A DNA stretch of 42,965 nucleotides. It comes from a bacterium. GTDB taxonomy: Bacteria > Bdellovibrionota_C > UBA2361 > SZUA-149 > JAGRAN01. Below, one piece after another: positions 1 to 10,329 of the stretch. The notes below the pieces were generated by a model, which searched no databases, was not told the DNA's origin, and saw only the letters and a program-made list of their open reading frames with translations. The DNA is taken from positions 1-42,965 of the forward strand of contig JAUIIP010000003.1 in NCBI GenBank assembly GCA_030431555.1, in the 5' to 3' direction. The position numbers were made by a program, and so were the translations under genes. How positions within the stretch are numbered: position 1 is the stretch's first letter; each line of letters begins with the position of its first letter.

Positions 1-2
1 AC

Positions 3-266
3 CAGCAGCTCGAAAAGGCGGGACGCGTCGCCGACTACCTGGAATTTGCTGAGCTTATGTGCCGCGACGCTCTGATGCGCAACGAATCCTGCGGTGGACA
101 TTTCCGCGAAGAATATCAGACAGCAGAAGGCGAAGCGCTGCGAGATGATGAAAACTACGCCTTCGTCGGTGCCTGGGAATACACCGGAGAGGGAAATTCG
201 CCGAAGCTTCACAGAGAGCCCCTTGAATTCGAAAACGTTGAACTGGCGGTAAGGAGCTACAAGTAA
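3..266 (+). CDS. sdhA: Succinate dehydrogenase/fumarate reductase flavoprotein subunit, C-terminal part (truncated by window start)
   Basis: Frame is open from position 3 ([19 protein letters not shown]...). Contains the [12 protein letters not shown] motif and ends RSYK. The stop overlaps the start of the Fe-S subunit (TAATG). Confidence 0.92.
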   Translation, partial: QQLEKAGRVADYLEFAELMCRDALMRNESCGGHFREEYQTAEGEALRDDENYAFVGAWEYTGEGNSPKLHREPLEFENVELAVRSYK

Positions 267-1009
267 TGAATTTTACGCTTCACGTTTGGAGGCAAAGCAG
301 CAAAGACGCGCCGGGCAAGATGGTTGTTTACGAAGCGCGCGATATCAGTCCCGACTCCTCGTTCATCGAGATGATTGATATCGTCAACTCTGAGCTTGCC
401 GAAAAGGGCCAGGATCCTATCGCTTATGAAGCCGACTGCTTAGAAGGTATCTGCGGTTCTTGTTGCATGACTATCAACGGTCTGCCGCACGGTCCGGGAC
501 GCGGAGCAACCACTTGTCAGCTTCACATGAGGAGCTTTGAAGACGGTCAGCATATTTTCATCGAGCCATTCCGCTCCGCAGCCTTTCCACTGATCAAGGA
601 CTTGATGATTGATAGAAGCTCCTTTGACCGAATTATCCAAGCCGGCGGCTTTATCAGCGTTAATACCGGCGGCCCGCAAGACGCAAACAACATACCGATC
701 GCGAAGCAAGAAGCAGATCTCGCGTTTGACGCTGCGCAATGTATCGGCTGCGGCGCATGCGTTGCCGGATGTAAGAACGGAGCGGCAATGCTGTTTACTG
801 CGGCAAAGGTGGCTCAACTGGCCCATCTGCCCCAGGGACAGCCCGAGCGCTACCGGCGTGTGATTCGCATGGTCGAGTCTATGGACAACGAGGGTTTTGG
901 CGGCTGCACGAACCAATACGAATGCGAAGCCGTGTGCCCCAAGGAGATATCTGTCCGATATATCGCGGAAATGAACCGCGATTTTATCAAGGCCAAGCTT
1001 TGTAAGTAA
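266..1009 (+). CDS. sdhB: Succinate dehydrogenase/fumarate reductase iron-sulfur subunit
   Basis: Cys clusters CLEGICGSC...[12 protein letters not shown] and [12 protein letters not shown]. Confidence 0.95.
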   Translation: MNFTLHVWRQSSKDAPGKMVVYEARDISPDSSFIEMIDIVNSELAEKGQDPIAYEADCLEGICGSCCMTINGLPHGPGRGATTCQLHMRSFEDGQHIFIEPFRSAAFPLIKDLMIDRSSFDRIIQAGGFISVNTGGPQDANNIPIAKQEADLAFDAAQCIGCGACVAGCKNGAAMLFTAAKVAQLAHLPQGQPERYRRVIRMVESMDNEGFGGCTNQYECEAVCPKEISVRYIAEMNRDFIKAKLCK

Positions 1010-1120
1010 GCGTTCTTAGCGGCAGCTGAGCCCCGTCAGCTGTTTCTTACTGAAGCATCCCCACAAACCAGGTAAGCTTTTCGGCTGAGGGCCCCGTGAT
1101 TCCTCCAGCCGAGCAACGCA

Positions 1121-3526
1121 ATGTTTTTCAGGCTAAATACAAAGCGAACTGTGCTTTCCTGCCTGGCGGCCGCCGGGTTAAGCGTCATAAGTGTCGTACT
1201 GGCACTCACGCTCAGCATACGCGAAGCGATCCCCGGAAGTGTTCTGCATCTAGATCCACGAGTAGAAGGAGTGCTTGAGGACGGCAGAATCGCCGGCTTG
1301 CTGCATTTTAGCGATCCGCGAGTTTCCCCCTTATTCACCGGCCTGGAACTCACGTTAAAAAAGCGCAATTCAAACTCCATTGATGCTCGCTACCGCTGGG
1401 GGGAGCGGACAAGTGAGGAAATCAATCTGAAAGGCCCGACTCTGCTCACTCCTCCCGTAGAGCACGGCTACAGCACGCTCGGCGGCTTAGACCTAAGTCT
1501 TCAGCCCTCAGTCAGCCGCCAGCCGACTTTTGTCCGCTCGCTGCATGTCCGGAGCAGCTTCGCATTTGCGGTTCCAAGTCTAAAATTTGGACTACTGACC
1601 AGCGGTGCATTGCTGATGCTCGTCTTATTTGCGGCCCTATGCTCCTACGATCCGTCCCTTCGCGGAGTAATGATCGCACCGATTGTCTCGACCTATCTCT
1701 TATCAACAGCATTACTCTTGATTTCTCCAACTCCCGACTGGGCATACTTAATCTGGTTCTTCATCCTGGGCGGCTTGCTGCTGGCCGGTTACGGCATCCG
1801 TCATTTGCTTCAACTCAGGGCCAGCGCACCGCCTTATCAACCGCCTTCGGGCCTGCGGCTTCGCGATCAACCGTGGCTGCTTGGCAGTCTACTAGCGGTC
1901 GCAGCCGGTGCTGCTTTGATTCGTTTGACCGGCGTCGCCTTCGGTCTTCCGCAGTTCTATATTCCCGACGAGGAGTGGGTGGCTACGCGGGCGGCACAAA
2001 TGATATACGAGCGAACGGTGCTTCCCGGAACATACGGCATCGCGAGCGGAGTAGTATATCTAGCCTGCCTGCTTAGCTTGGCTTTGGACCCCCTACTCGG
2101 AGGAGTCAGTGATCCCGTCAGCATAGCGATTGTCGGGCGCTGTTTCGTAGCAGCTCTTGGAGTGCTGAGCGTACTTCTGGTTTTTGGAATTGGAAGAATT
2201 CTCTTCGGGATTGAAGCCGGTCTGCTGGCCGCGGCGATGCTGGCAGTTGCACCGCTCCATGTAATATGCAGCCGCTACTTACTACACGGCGTGCCCTTTG
2301 TTTTTTTAGTCCTGCTGACAACGCTGTTTAGTGTCCAAGCGCTTTCTCGCAAGAGCTGGCGCGCGTTTTTGCTCGCTGCAATCAGCGCGGGGATTTCGCT
2401 TTCGTTTTCATGGCAGGCAGCGGCCTTGATTCCTGTTGTTTTCGCCGGACCGTTTATAGCTTTTGCAGCGGCGCAGCCCGAACGGTTCTCGGGAAACTCG
2501 TCTGCGTTTAGAGATTATCTCCTGACTTGGAATCCACGCCGACATATTATACCAATGTTCCGTCGTGCAATTCCCGGCCTCGGCTTGTTTGTGTTGAGTT
2601 CATTTGTCAGCATGCCGTTTGTATTTGCTGACTTTGCGGGATTTCGCGCTGCGACGGCTGCAAAGCTCAAGCTGTGGGTCTCCGACGCATCTCTTATCTT
2701 TTCACCGGCCTCGGATTTCCTGATGCAGCACTTCAGAGAAAGTCTCTGGACCTCTCTCAGCATCCCTCCGGCAGTACTCGCACTGCTAGGTTGCGGCTGG
2801 CTTCTGGCAAGACGCAGGCTGCCCGACATCATTTTGCTTTATCTGCTTGCTGCCTCGTATTTAGCTGCAGAACTCTCTCTCCCGCGTGATGCCTTGTTTC
2901 CTGAGCAGGCTTTTTTGATTTGCGTTCCCTTTCTGTCACTTGCATTCGGAGCAGGTGGTTCGGCGCTGTATCGCTGGTTCTTAAGCCTTCCAAGTAAGCG
3001 CTGGGTCATTCCGAAGCGCGGAAGCTCCACAACAATCGAGGCCCTCCCTTCTTCATGGCGAGTTCACTTCGTAGTGCTCGTAGCGGCATTAGTTCTAGCG
3101 CAGGCAGCTTTTGACGATTTGCGACTAGCAGCGGGGATTACGGCCGATACGCGGGAACTTGCCGCAGATTGGATGAAGCAAAATGTCACCGCGCAGTCTA
3201 AAGTCATTATCGACTCCGGCAAGTATGGTCCGAAGCTTGATGAACTTGGGTTAATTTCAGTCGATGCCGCTAGTTCGAATATTTTACTATCGACTCAGAG
3301 CGTGCTGCGAAGCGACGCAGACTATCTCGTTATTTCAAGTTTATACGGCCGGTATCTGGCCAAGCACGGCAGCATGAAGCAGCGCTATCTCTACGAAAGA
3401 CTGCGAGACTCGCTTGAGCCGACAGCAGTATTCGAGGACCGCAGGCAGCAGTACGGCTTTCATCAGCCGATCATTCGAATCTACAATCTGGAGCAGATTC
3501 GCGACGAGTCGCAGCGCAGTTATTAA
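1121..3526 (+). CDS. Polytopic GT-C fold glycosyltransferase (GT39/PMT_2/ArnT-like) with an N-terminal extracytoplasmic extension
   Basis: More than 12 hydrophobic segments, a PDE acidic motif after the first core TM, a GLLAAAMLAVAPLHV..SR segment, and a C-terminal 'DTRELAADW' soluble domain typical of this family. Confidence 0.75.
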   Translation: MFFRLNTKRTVLSCLAAAGLSVISVVLALTLSIREAIPGSVLHLDPRVEGVLEDGRIAGLLHFSDPRVSPLFTGLELTLKKRNSNSIDARYRWGERTSEEINLKGPTLLTPPVEHGYSTLGGLDLSLQPSVSRQPTFVRSLHVRSSFAFAVPSLKFGLLTSGALLMLVLFAALCSYDPSLRGVMIAPIVSTYLLSTALLLISPTPDWAYLIWFFILGGLLLAGYGIRHLLQLRASAPPYQPPSGLRLRDQPWLLGSLLAVAAGAALIRLTGVAFGLPQFYIPDEEWVATRAAQMIYERTVLPGTYGIASGVVYLACLLSLALDPLLGGVSDPVSIAIVGRCFVAALGVLSVLLVFGIGRILFGIEAGLLAAAMLAVAPLHVICSRYLLHGVPFVFLVLLTTLFSVQALSRKSWRAFLLAAISAGISLSFSWQAAALIPVVFAGPFIAFAAAQPERFSGNSSAFRDYLLTWNPRRHIIPMFRRAIPGLGLFVLSSFVSMPFVFADFAGFRAATAAKLKLWVSDASLIFSPASDFLMQHFRESLWTSLSIPPAVLALLGCGWLLARRRLPDIILLYLLAASYLAAELSLPRDALFPEQAFLICVPFLSLAFGAGGSALYRWFLSLPSKRWVIPKRGSSTTIEALPSSWRVHFVVLVAALVLAQAAFDDLRLAAGITADTRELAADWMKQNVTAQSKVIIDSGKYGPKLDELGLISVDAASSNILLSTQSVLRSDADYLVISSLYGRYLAKHGSMKQRYLYERLRDSLEPTAVFEDRRQQYGFHQPIIRIYNLEQIRDESQRSY

Positions 3527-3587
3527 TTCTGGCGTAATTACAAGGCCTTAGAAGCGCAAAACGTTCGCTACCCAACCCAAGCTTCAC

Positions 3588-3615
3588 TCAAGTGCACGTC
3601 CGACTAAGTCGATAA
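3588..3615 (+). promoter_or_regulatory. Sigma28/FliA-like promoter upstream of the kinase gene
   Basis: TCAAG-N15-GTCGATAA, compared with the consensus TAAA/TCAAG-N15-GCCGATAA. Lies 35 nt before the start codon. Confidence 0.55.
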
Positions 3616-3650
3616 TATTACTGAGGCTTGTCCTCCCCAAACTTGAGGTC

Positions 3651-5597
3651 GTGTTGGATTCAACAGAAACGCAAACCCATGACACGCTCGTCGAAGAGCT
3701 AACGCCCGGTTCGCTTATCGCCGGACGCTACGAGATTGTTAAGCTGCTTGGGACTGGCGGCATGGGTTCCGTTTACCTTGCCAGGGACCGAATACTTGGT
3801 GCAGAAGAAGTCGCCGTAAAAATTCTACATCGTCAATTTGCATACGACACGAAGTATACGCAGCGCTTCCTGCGCGAAGTGCAGCTGATGCGCCGAGTAA
3901 ATCATAACAATGTTATTCGCACATATGATGTCGGAGCCGACGGCGACATAGTCTATTTCTCAATGGAGCTTATCAGAGGGACCTGTCTGCTGAGTGTCAT
4001 GGAGAACGGCGAACTGTCTATCGACCAGCTGCTCGATATCACAGTGCAGATCTGTGAAGGTCTCGAAGCAATTCACAGCGCCAACATTATTCACCGCGAC
4101 CTAAAGCCGGAAAACGTAATGTACCTTCGCGACGGCTCAATAAAGATTGCCGACTTCGGCGTTGCCAGGCCGGAGCAGTCTCAGCTGACTGAGCACAACG
4201 AGGTAATAGGATCCGCCGCCTACATGGCTCCGGAGATTTGGCTCGGAGAAGGTATTTCTTCAAAAATCGATTTATACAGCCTGGGGATTATCTTATACGA
4301 ATTGTTTACAGGCATCTTGCCGTTTGAAGCGGAAACTCCCGCTTTAGCGATGCGAATGCACCTTGACCGCACACCGACACCTCCGAATCAGCATAATCCT
4401 GAAATCCCGCGCTGGCTTAATCGGCTGATTCTACGCCTGCTGGAAAAGTCACCAAACCATCGCCCCAGCAGCGCTCGGGAAGTGATAGAGTACATAAAGA
4501 ACTCTCGTGAAAGATCGAAAAAGTCCGGTCGAAACGGCATGTCGAGCTCTCATGCTTTTCTTAAGCAGCTCGAAGCTACTACTCGCAAGGCGACTGATGA
4601 GACCGCCGAAAAGACCAGCAAACGAGATTCCAGCAAGATACGCCGCTCGCTTTCTTTGCCGGTGCTCAAAAAGCAGCCGCGATTTATCCATAAGATAACA
4701 AAGCGTAAAAAATCTGCTGTTCACAAGGAGCGGCATTTCGATCCGGCCGTGCTGTTGCGAACCGGATTGAAAGCAGTGCTAAGCTGCGTCCTCCTACTCT
4801 CGGCAGCTGCCTTGGTCGGCCATTGGTCCGGGTTTGAGTACACAATGCTCGACGAAGGCACGCAGACAGTTTTCTCGATTACCCTGCCCGACATCTCGCC
4901 GAGCGCTGAAGTGAGTGAGGTCTTATGGGCTCTTTTCGGCCCTTCAATCGTCTTCATTATGCTGCTAGCGCTGCCGGGAACTGCCTTAGGTGCATTAGGA
5001 GGCTCGCTTCGAAGATCGTTTGGAGCGTGGACTTCATTTTGCGGCCTATATCTCTGCACGGGCGTGGGCCTGTTCCTGTACCACTTGTATCCCATTATCG
5101 AGCGCTGGGAGTTCGACAGTCTTTCTATTATCGGTGCAGCCAATGCGGCGAGGACTCAGCTTGCTGAGCTGGCATCGCTTCTTCCGCAGATCACTTCATT
5201 CACTGCGACGGTTCTTTCCAGCGGGGTCATCCTCGAACAATCGAACTCACAGTCGATACTTAGCAATGTCGTTTGGTTCGCCCTGTTCGCCGTGCATGTT
5301 TGGATAATTGTGGTGATAGGACGCCGAGCCTTAGGCAGAACCTGTAAGAAGCCGGAACAGATTTATTTCGTGCTGCCCACCGCAATTGCGGCTCTGATTG
5401 GAATGGCAATGTATTCGGAGAAAGTGCAGGCGCTTTTGGACGCGCTGACATTGTCAAAACTCCAAGTCGGCTCGTATGTGCTTAATCTTCCGGTAGTAAT
5501 TCCCGGCACGGCTCTAGCCTGCTGGTCGCTTATTCTGCTCTGCGTCTGGGCTTTAATCCCGGCAGTCGGTGGAACTCACGCTAAGAGCGACTTATAA
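3651..5597 (+). CDS. Hanks-type Ser/Thr protein kinase with a multi-pass membrane C-terminal region
   Basis: Kinase motifs GTGGMG, VAVK, HRDLKPEN, DFG and APE, then a basic linker and about 6-7 hydrophobic segments. GTG start with a GAGG RBS. Confidence 0.92.
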   Translation: MLDSTETQTHDTLVEELTPGSLIAGRYEIVKLLGTGGMGSVYLARDRILGAEEVAVKILHRQFAYDTKYTQRFLREVQLMRRVNHNNVIRTYDVGADGDIVYFSMELIRGTCLLSVMENGELSIDQLLDITVQICEGLEAIHSANIIHRDLKPENVMYLRDGSIKIADFGVARPEQSQLTEHNEVIGSAAYMAPEIWLGEGISSKIDLYSLGIILYELFTGILPFEAETPALAMRMHLDRTPTPPNQHNPEIPRWLNRLILRLLEKSPNHRPSSAREVIEYIKNSRERSKKSGRNGMSSSHAFLKQLEATTRKATDETAEKTSKRDSSKIRRSLSLPVLKKQPRFIHKITKRKKSAVHKERHFDPAVLLRTGLKAVLSCVLLLSAAALVGHWSGFEYTMLDEGTQTVFSITLPDISPSAEVSEVLWALFGPSIVFIMLLALPGTALGALGGSLRRSFGAWTSFCGLYLCTGVGLFLYHLYPIIERWEFDSLSIIGAANAARTQLAELASLLPQITSFTATVLSSGVILEQSNSQSILSNVVWFALFAVHVWIIVVIGRRALGRTCKKPEQIYFVLPTAIAALIGMAMYSEKVQALLDALTLSKLQVGSYVLNLPVVIPGTALACWSLILLCVWALIPAVGGTHAKSDL

Positions 5598-5604
5598 AGC
5601 GGCG

Positions 5605-6264
5605 CTACAACGAGCTAAGCCGCTGAACTGTAGGATAGAGATCCCAGTAAACGAACCAGCCCAACACAGCTACGCAGGCATAGATTGCCGCCGTGGAAAA
5701 CCAGGTATCGCCGGAGAATGATAATGCCGGTCTCGGCCTGGATTTGTCGCCCATCGCCTTGCCGAGAAAATTCAAATTACCCGATGCGTCGAGCAACAAA
5801 TGAGAGAAGAAACCGATAAACGCTGCGCCTGCTACGTAAACACGGTCAAACCAATACAGGTCATCAAAAATCAAATATGCTAGTTGAAAAACTATAATTG
5901 CAGCAGGGATGCTGTGAATGATTCCGCGCTCTTTCGTGAACATCTGGAGTGCCCTCACAACGAAAACGCGGGTAATCAGGTAGCAGACAATCACCACCAA
6001 AGCCATTCGGGTCATTCCTCCTGCCCGCAGCTCAGGGAAGGCTTCGATAATCACTAGAGGCGCGATTGCGGCCAGGAGGGCTCCGAGTTCATGAGCAGGC
6101 TTTCCGCTGCCGTGGTCTATGTCGGGCAGCATCCCGGCGATAATGATTAGCGCCAAGGCCAACATCGCATGTTCGGGATAGATGCCAAGCACCAATATCC
6201 CACACAGCGAGTAGGCAATTCCCACTACAGTTGAAAAGGTTATGTGGCTTTCCTGCTTGGCCAT
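5605..6264 (-). CDS. YdjM-like membrane-bound metal-dependent hydrolase
   Basis: N-terminal His, LPDID, RGIIHS and SHLLLD motifs in a hydrophobic protein. Confidence 0.78.
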   Translation of the reverse strand: MAKQESHITFSTVVGIAYSLCGILVLGIYPEHAMLALALIIIAGMLPDIDHGSGKPAHELGALLAAIAPLVIIEAFPELRAGGMTRMALVVIVCYLITRVFVVRALQMFTKERGIIHSIPAAIIVFQLAYLIFDDLYWFDRVYVAGAAFIGFFSHLLLDASGNLNFLGKAMGDKSRPRPALSFSGDTWFSTAAIYACVAVLGWFVYWDLYPTVQRLSSL

Positions 6265-6400
6265 ACGATGAAAAAATATCAGGAAGAAAGCTGCGGGAAA
6301 AGAAAAACCAGCATTCCCGCCGGCTTCTCAAACATTGCTCAGGCACAGAGCCGCATGATAAACATGCTGCAAGGTACAGCGAGAAACTCGGAGTTCATTA

Positions 6401-6988
6401 ATGAATACCACCAAGCGCATCATGCTTACCGCTGCAGCCTCCCTGCTGCTGCTGGCCGGATGCTCCAAAATCTGGGGCAGCGGCGACAATACGGAAGCCC
6501 GTAAAGAACGGCTCGAAAACCCGGAAGCCATGGCCGCGGCTGATCCCGATACGCTTACGCCTGAGGAGCTTGCAATCCGGGACGCCCGCCGGGAGCGTGA
6601 CGACGAACTTCGCAGTATCGGCTCGCAGATCGATCAAAACTACGCTCGTCGGGACCAAAAGCCTTCTCCCTTCGACGATGAAATTAGAGGGCCTATATTT
6701 GTCGAAGTCCTTTGGAAGGTTCCAAAGGAAGAAGTCTTCGCTTTTCACCTGCACTACGGTCTCGCCCCGGACTCCCTGAACAAGAATGTTAGGATACCAG
6801 TTGAAAAGTTGGAGCGAGTAAGCCATCCGCTTTATGGACCAACATACCGCTATCGGCTCTACGGCATGTCGCCGGAGCAAACGACTTACGTCTCGCTTCA
6901 GGCTGAAAATCAGAACGGCATTTCGCCTCGCTCACCGGTGCTTAAAATCCCGGCGATCAATAAGCTGCGCTCCCAAGACGCGCGCTGA
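6401..6988 (+). CDS. Lipoprotein with a probable C-terminal fibronectin type III-like domain
   Basis: Lipobox LLAGC, then W...Y(G)...YVSLQAENQNGIS pattern. GGAG RBS. Confidence 0.65.
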   Translation: MNTTKRIMLTAAASLLLLAGCSKIWGSGDNTEARKERLENPEAMAAADPDTLTPEELAIRDARRERDDELRSIGSQIDQNYARRDQKPSPFDDEIRGPIFVEVLWKVPKEEVFAFHLHYGLAPDSLNKNVRIPVEKLERVSHPLYGPTYRYRLYGMSPEQTTYVSLQAENQNGISPRSPVLKIPAINKLRSQDAR

Positions 6989-7200
6989 TGTGAGCGGCTC
7001 CGTCGCTCACAACTTCTATCACTAAGCGCTGCCGAGAGGCCCTTAGCGCGCAAAGAGTCGTTTAAACTCAGAGAGTTACGATTCAGGCCATAGGCTATGT
7101 TTGTTTTTGGTTCGTGTCCTGTTAGGCTAAATATCCGCCAAACAAGATGTGCAGCGTCGGAATTCCCTTTCCGAGCCGCCGCGTACTACGGGGTTAATAG

Positions 7201-7938
7201 ATGAAATTCGAATGGTGCCCGCGCCGCATTGTTGCGGTGCTTGGAATCGCTGCTTTCATACTTCTGCTGGGAAACATTGCGGGGATATTTTCCAAGTACT
7301 ATCTCGGCTATGACTATGTTCATGGGCTGGTTCCTCTTTTTAACTTCGATGAGGAAAACAACCTTCCCTCGCTATTTTCCACACTTCTGCTCCTTAGCTG
7401 CAGTGCCCTGCTGTGGCTGATCGGAGCTTGCCGCAAGAAGCAAGCCGCGAGCGATACGCTATACTGGTTCGGCCTTGCCATCATTTTTGTTTTCCTGGCA
7501 TGCGATGAATCATTGGAAATCCACGAAAAGCTCGACCGCCCGATTAGAGCTTTACTTAACACATCAGGCCCCCTTTACTTCGCTTGGGTAATTCCTTACG
7601 GCACATTTGTCGCAGTTCTTGGCATCGTGTACTCGCGCTTCATCCTGGCTCTACCCCCGAGGATACGTTTCTTAACAATTATGTCCGGCGTATTATTTTT
7701 AACTGGTGCGCTCGGCTTTGAGCTGATTGGGAGCCAGCTGTTTATTTGGAGCGGAAAGACCGGCGGCCTAGCGTTTCGCTCTGCTGTTACACTCGAAGAG
7801 AGCTACGAAATAATCGGCGTTCTTACGTTTATTTACGCCCTGCTTTCTTACATCGAACAAGAGTTCGGAAGAATCAGCATTTCGCTGCCCAAGCGCATCA
7901 CTGAGCCCGATCAGGCTGCGCCTATGCGGGCTGCTTGA
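7201..7938 (+). CDS. Conserved-looking membrane protein of unknown function (about 7 TM)
   Basis: Hydrophobic helices with acidic/His motifs FNFDEENN, DESLEIHE and LEESYE. Confidence 0.7.
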   Translation: MKFEWCPRRIVAVLGIAAFILLLGNIAGIFSKYYLGYDYVHGLVPLFNFDEENNLPSLFSTLLLLSCSALLWLIGACRKKQAASDTLYWFGLAIIFVFLACDESLEIHEKLDRPIRALLNTSGPLYFAWVIPYGTFVAVLGIVYSRFILALPPRIRFLTIMSGVLFLTGALGFELIGSQLFIWSGKTGGLAFRSAVTLEESYEIIGVLTFIYALLSYIEQEFGRISISLPKRITEPDQAAPMRAA

Positions 7939-9430
7939 AGATACCTAGGTATTTTTCGCGCAGGTAGCGCATAAGATATTTCGCGGCAGGTGCCTCGCCG
8001 GCAGCGTTTGATATCAGCTCTCGGGGGAGATAGCAGGCTCCGTGGGAGTAGATGTTTTTACCCAGCCACCTGTGTAGACCGCCAAAGTCACCCGCTTCAA
8101 AGTCATCCTTCCACTTGGGGCTTGTCTTTTCGAAAGCTGAGAAGAGCTGAGCCGCGTAAACTGCGCCTAGGGTGTAGGTCGGGAAATAACCGAAATATCC
8201 GGCATACCAATGAACATCCTGCAAGACGCCCTCACTGGGCTTTGCTGCGCTCACGCCGAGCAATGACCTGTATTTATCGTCCCAGGCGCCAGGCAAATCG
8301 CGAGGCGCTAAGCTACCGTCCATCAGAGCCGCCTCCAACTCAAAGCGCGCAATGATATGAAGGTGATAACTAATTTCATCAGCCGCTATTCGAATGAGCG
8401 AAGGTTCAACCTTGTGCACCCAGCGGTAGAATTCGGACTGGCTACATCCCGCAAGCGCCGGAAATTTCTTGCGAGCACGCGGAAAGCAAAACTTCCAAAA
8501 CGGCTCGGAGAGTCCAACTTGACGCTCCCAGATTATCGACTGGGATTCATGAACACCGAGACTTGATGGCCTGCCTTTGGCCGTGCCGAGGTATCCCTCG
8601 TCGAGCCCCTGGTCGTACAGCCCGTGACCCGCCTCGTGTATCGCACTTGTCAGCGCGAACACGAAATCATCTTCCTCGTAGCGAGTCGTAAGGCGCACAT
8701 CCTTGGGTCCACATGTGCTGCATGATGGGTGGGTCGCCGTGTCTAAGCGTCCACAGTCAAAAGAAAACCCGAGCTGCTGCACAACTTCCCGGCATAGCTC
8801 GTATTGAACAGTTCTAGGAAAAGCTCCGTCACTGAACTGAAGTTCACTTTTACCTGCGCCAAGCTCTTCCAACTCGCCTAGCAAGGTCGTAAGTTCAGGC
8901 CTAAGTTCGGAAAAGATTGTCTCTAATTCTGCGAAGGTTATTCCGCGCTCGTAGTCGTCCAGCATAGTTTGATAGGTGTTTGCCGAACTATCGATCGCCG
9001 CCGCCCTTGCTCGGCTGGCTTCAATTAGGCTGCCAAGCAAACTCTCTACGCCGGCAAACGACTGCTCAACGCGCGCCCTCTCCCAGGCTTGAACGCTGCG
9101 GACTTTGAGCAAGGCCAATTCTCTAGTCAATTCTGCCGGCACTTTGCTGATCCGCGCTATGCGCCAGTCTGCTTCGTCGACTATCTGCTGCTGCAGCGGG
9201 CTCAAATCACCCCTGGCCTTCAAGCGCTCAAGTGTCTCGCGCAGCGCAGAACTGCCTAGGATTGCGTGATGAGCTGCACTAATGTACGCGCGCTGTTCGC
9301 CACGCCCCTCTGCCGCAGGCTCACTTAGGTTCACCTGTTGATCCCAGTCCAGCAGATGATCAATTGATTCAATGCAGGCAGCTTGACGCAGCTGCTCGCT
9401 AAGAGCGGAAAAATCATTTTGAGGCATCAA
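7922..9430 (-). CDS. Carboxypeptidase, M32 family (Taq-like)
   Basis: HEAGH zinc motif, HESQS, IRIAADE, QDVHW and GYFPTY. About 500 aa. Confidence 0.95.
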   Translation of the reverse strand: MMPQNDFSALSEQLRQAACIESIDHLLDWDQQVNLSEPAAEGRGEQRAYISAAHHAILGSSALRETLERLKARGDLSPLQQQIVDEADWRIARISKVPAELTRELALLKVRSVQAWERARVEQSFAGVESLLGSLIEASRARAAAIDSSANTYQTMLDDYERGITFAELETIFSELRPELTTLLGELEELGAGKSELQFSDGAFPRTVQYELCREVVQQLGFSFDCGRLDTATHPSCSTCGPKDVRLTTRYEEDDFVFALTSAIHEAGHGLYDQGLDEGYLGTAKGRPSSLGVHESQSIIWERQVGLSEPFWKFCFPRARKKFPALAGCSQSEFYRWVHKVEPSLIRIAADEISYHLHIIARFELEAALMDGSLAPRDLPGAWDDKYRSLLGVSAAKPSEGVLQDVHWYAGYFGYFPTYTLGAVYAAQLFSAFEKTSPKWKDDFEAGDFGGLHRWLGKNIYSHGACYLPRELISNAAGEAPAAKYLMRYLREKYLGIFKQPA

Positions 9431-10272
9431 TCAGTCGAACCCCACTGCGCTTGTTGGATAACCTTAAACATAGCCGGATACAACGCTGCGCTCGAAAACA
9501 GAAAAGAACCTGCGAATACTGAGAAGTCCTCTTTTGCGGGCTCATCGAAGTTCGTGACGCGGCTGCCCGCTTCCATCGCAATTATGGATGACGCAGATAC
9601 GTCCCAGGGGGAGAGTCCGAACTCATAAAACCCGTCAAAACGTCCGCAAGCTACCCAGCATCCGTCGAGAGTCGCTGCGCCGAACCTTCGGACCCCACGC
9701 ACTTCTTTGAGGAATGCCTTAAACACATCTCCGCACCTGTCCCATGCGGCTGATTTGTCGTAAGGAAAGCCGGTAGCAATTACAGCATTGATTAACTTGT
9801 CGTTTTCGGACGATTCGATCTTCCTTGAATTCAGCGTCGCACCCGAACCGCTGGCAGCAGCGAACAATTCATCTCTGCAAGGATCGTAAACCACACCTGC
9901 TTTAGGATCTCCGTTTTCCAAGAAGCCGATCGAGATGCCGACGTGAGGGATCGAGTGAACGAAGTTCGTGGTGCCGTCGATCGGATCAATGCACCAGCTG
10001 AGGCTGTCCGCGGCTATACTCGCCAGGTTCTCGCCTTCGCTTTGCTGAAGCTTGCCAGCAGTCTCCTCGCCGATAATTTTATGACTAGGAAATCGCTTGG
10101 CTAAAAACTCCTGAATTTGGTCTTCTGCCCAGACATCAAATTCCGTCACTAAGTCGCGCGCGCCTTTGAAGTTAATTTCAAAGGCATCGGGCGAATTCAG
10201 CACATCACGCAGGCGCGCACCGACAACTCGTGCTATCTCAGCTGCTGCATCCTGCAAGCTTACATAGTTCAT
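9427..10272 (-). CDS. suhB: Inositol monophosphatase family protein
   Basis: DLVT, GEE, DPIDGTTNF, TGFPY and WDV motifs. Confidence 0.9.
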   Translation of the reverse strand: MNYVSLQDAAAEIARVVGARLRDVLNSPDAFEINFKGARDLVTEFDVWAEDQIQEFLAKRFPSHKIIGEETAGKLQQSEGENLASIAADSLSWCIDPIDGTTNFVHSIPHVGISIGFLENGDPKAGVVYDPCRDELFAAASGSGATLNSRKIESSENDKLINAVIATGFPYDKSAAWDRCGDVFKAFLKEVRGVRRFGAATLDGCWVACGRFDGFYEFGLSPWDVSASSIIAMEAGSRVTNFDEPAKEDFSVFAGSFLFSSAALYPAMFKVIQQAQWGSTD

Positions 10273-10329
10273 GATGACAAGCTAATCTCCTAGCTTGTCT
10301 TTACCACAAATTGCATCTGAGCGATACGT

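Noticed and set aside
6989-7011. TGTGAGCG-N7-CGCTCACA resembles lac operator half-sites
   Set aside because: The spacing is wrong for LacI and it starts right after a stop codon. It is more simply a 3' UTR hairpin, and it has no U tract to justify calling it a terminator.
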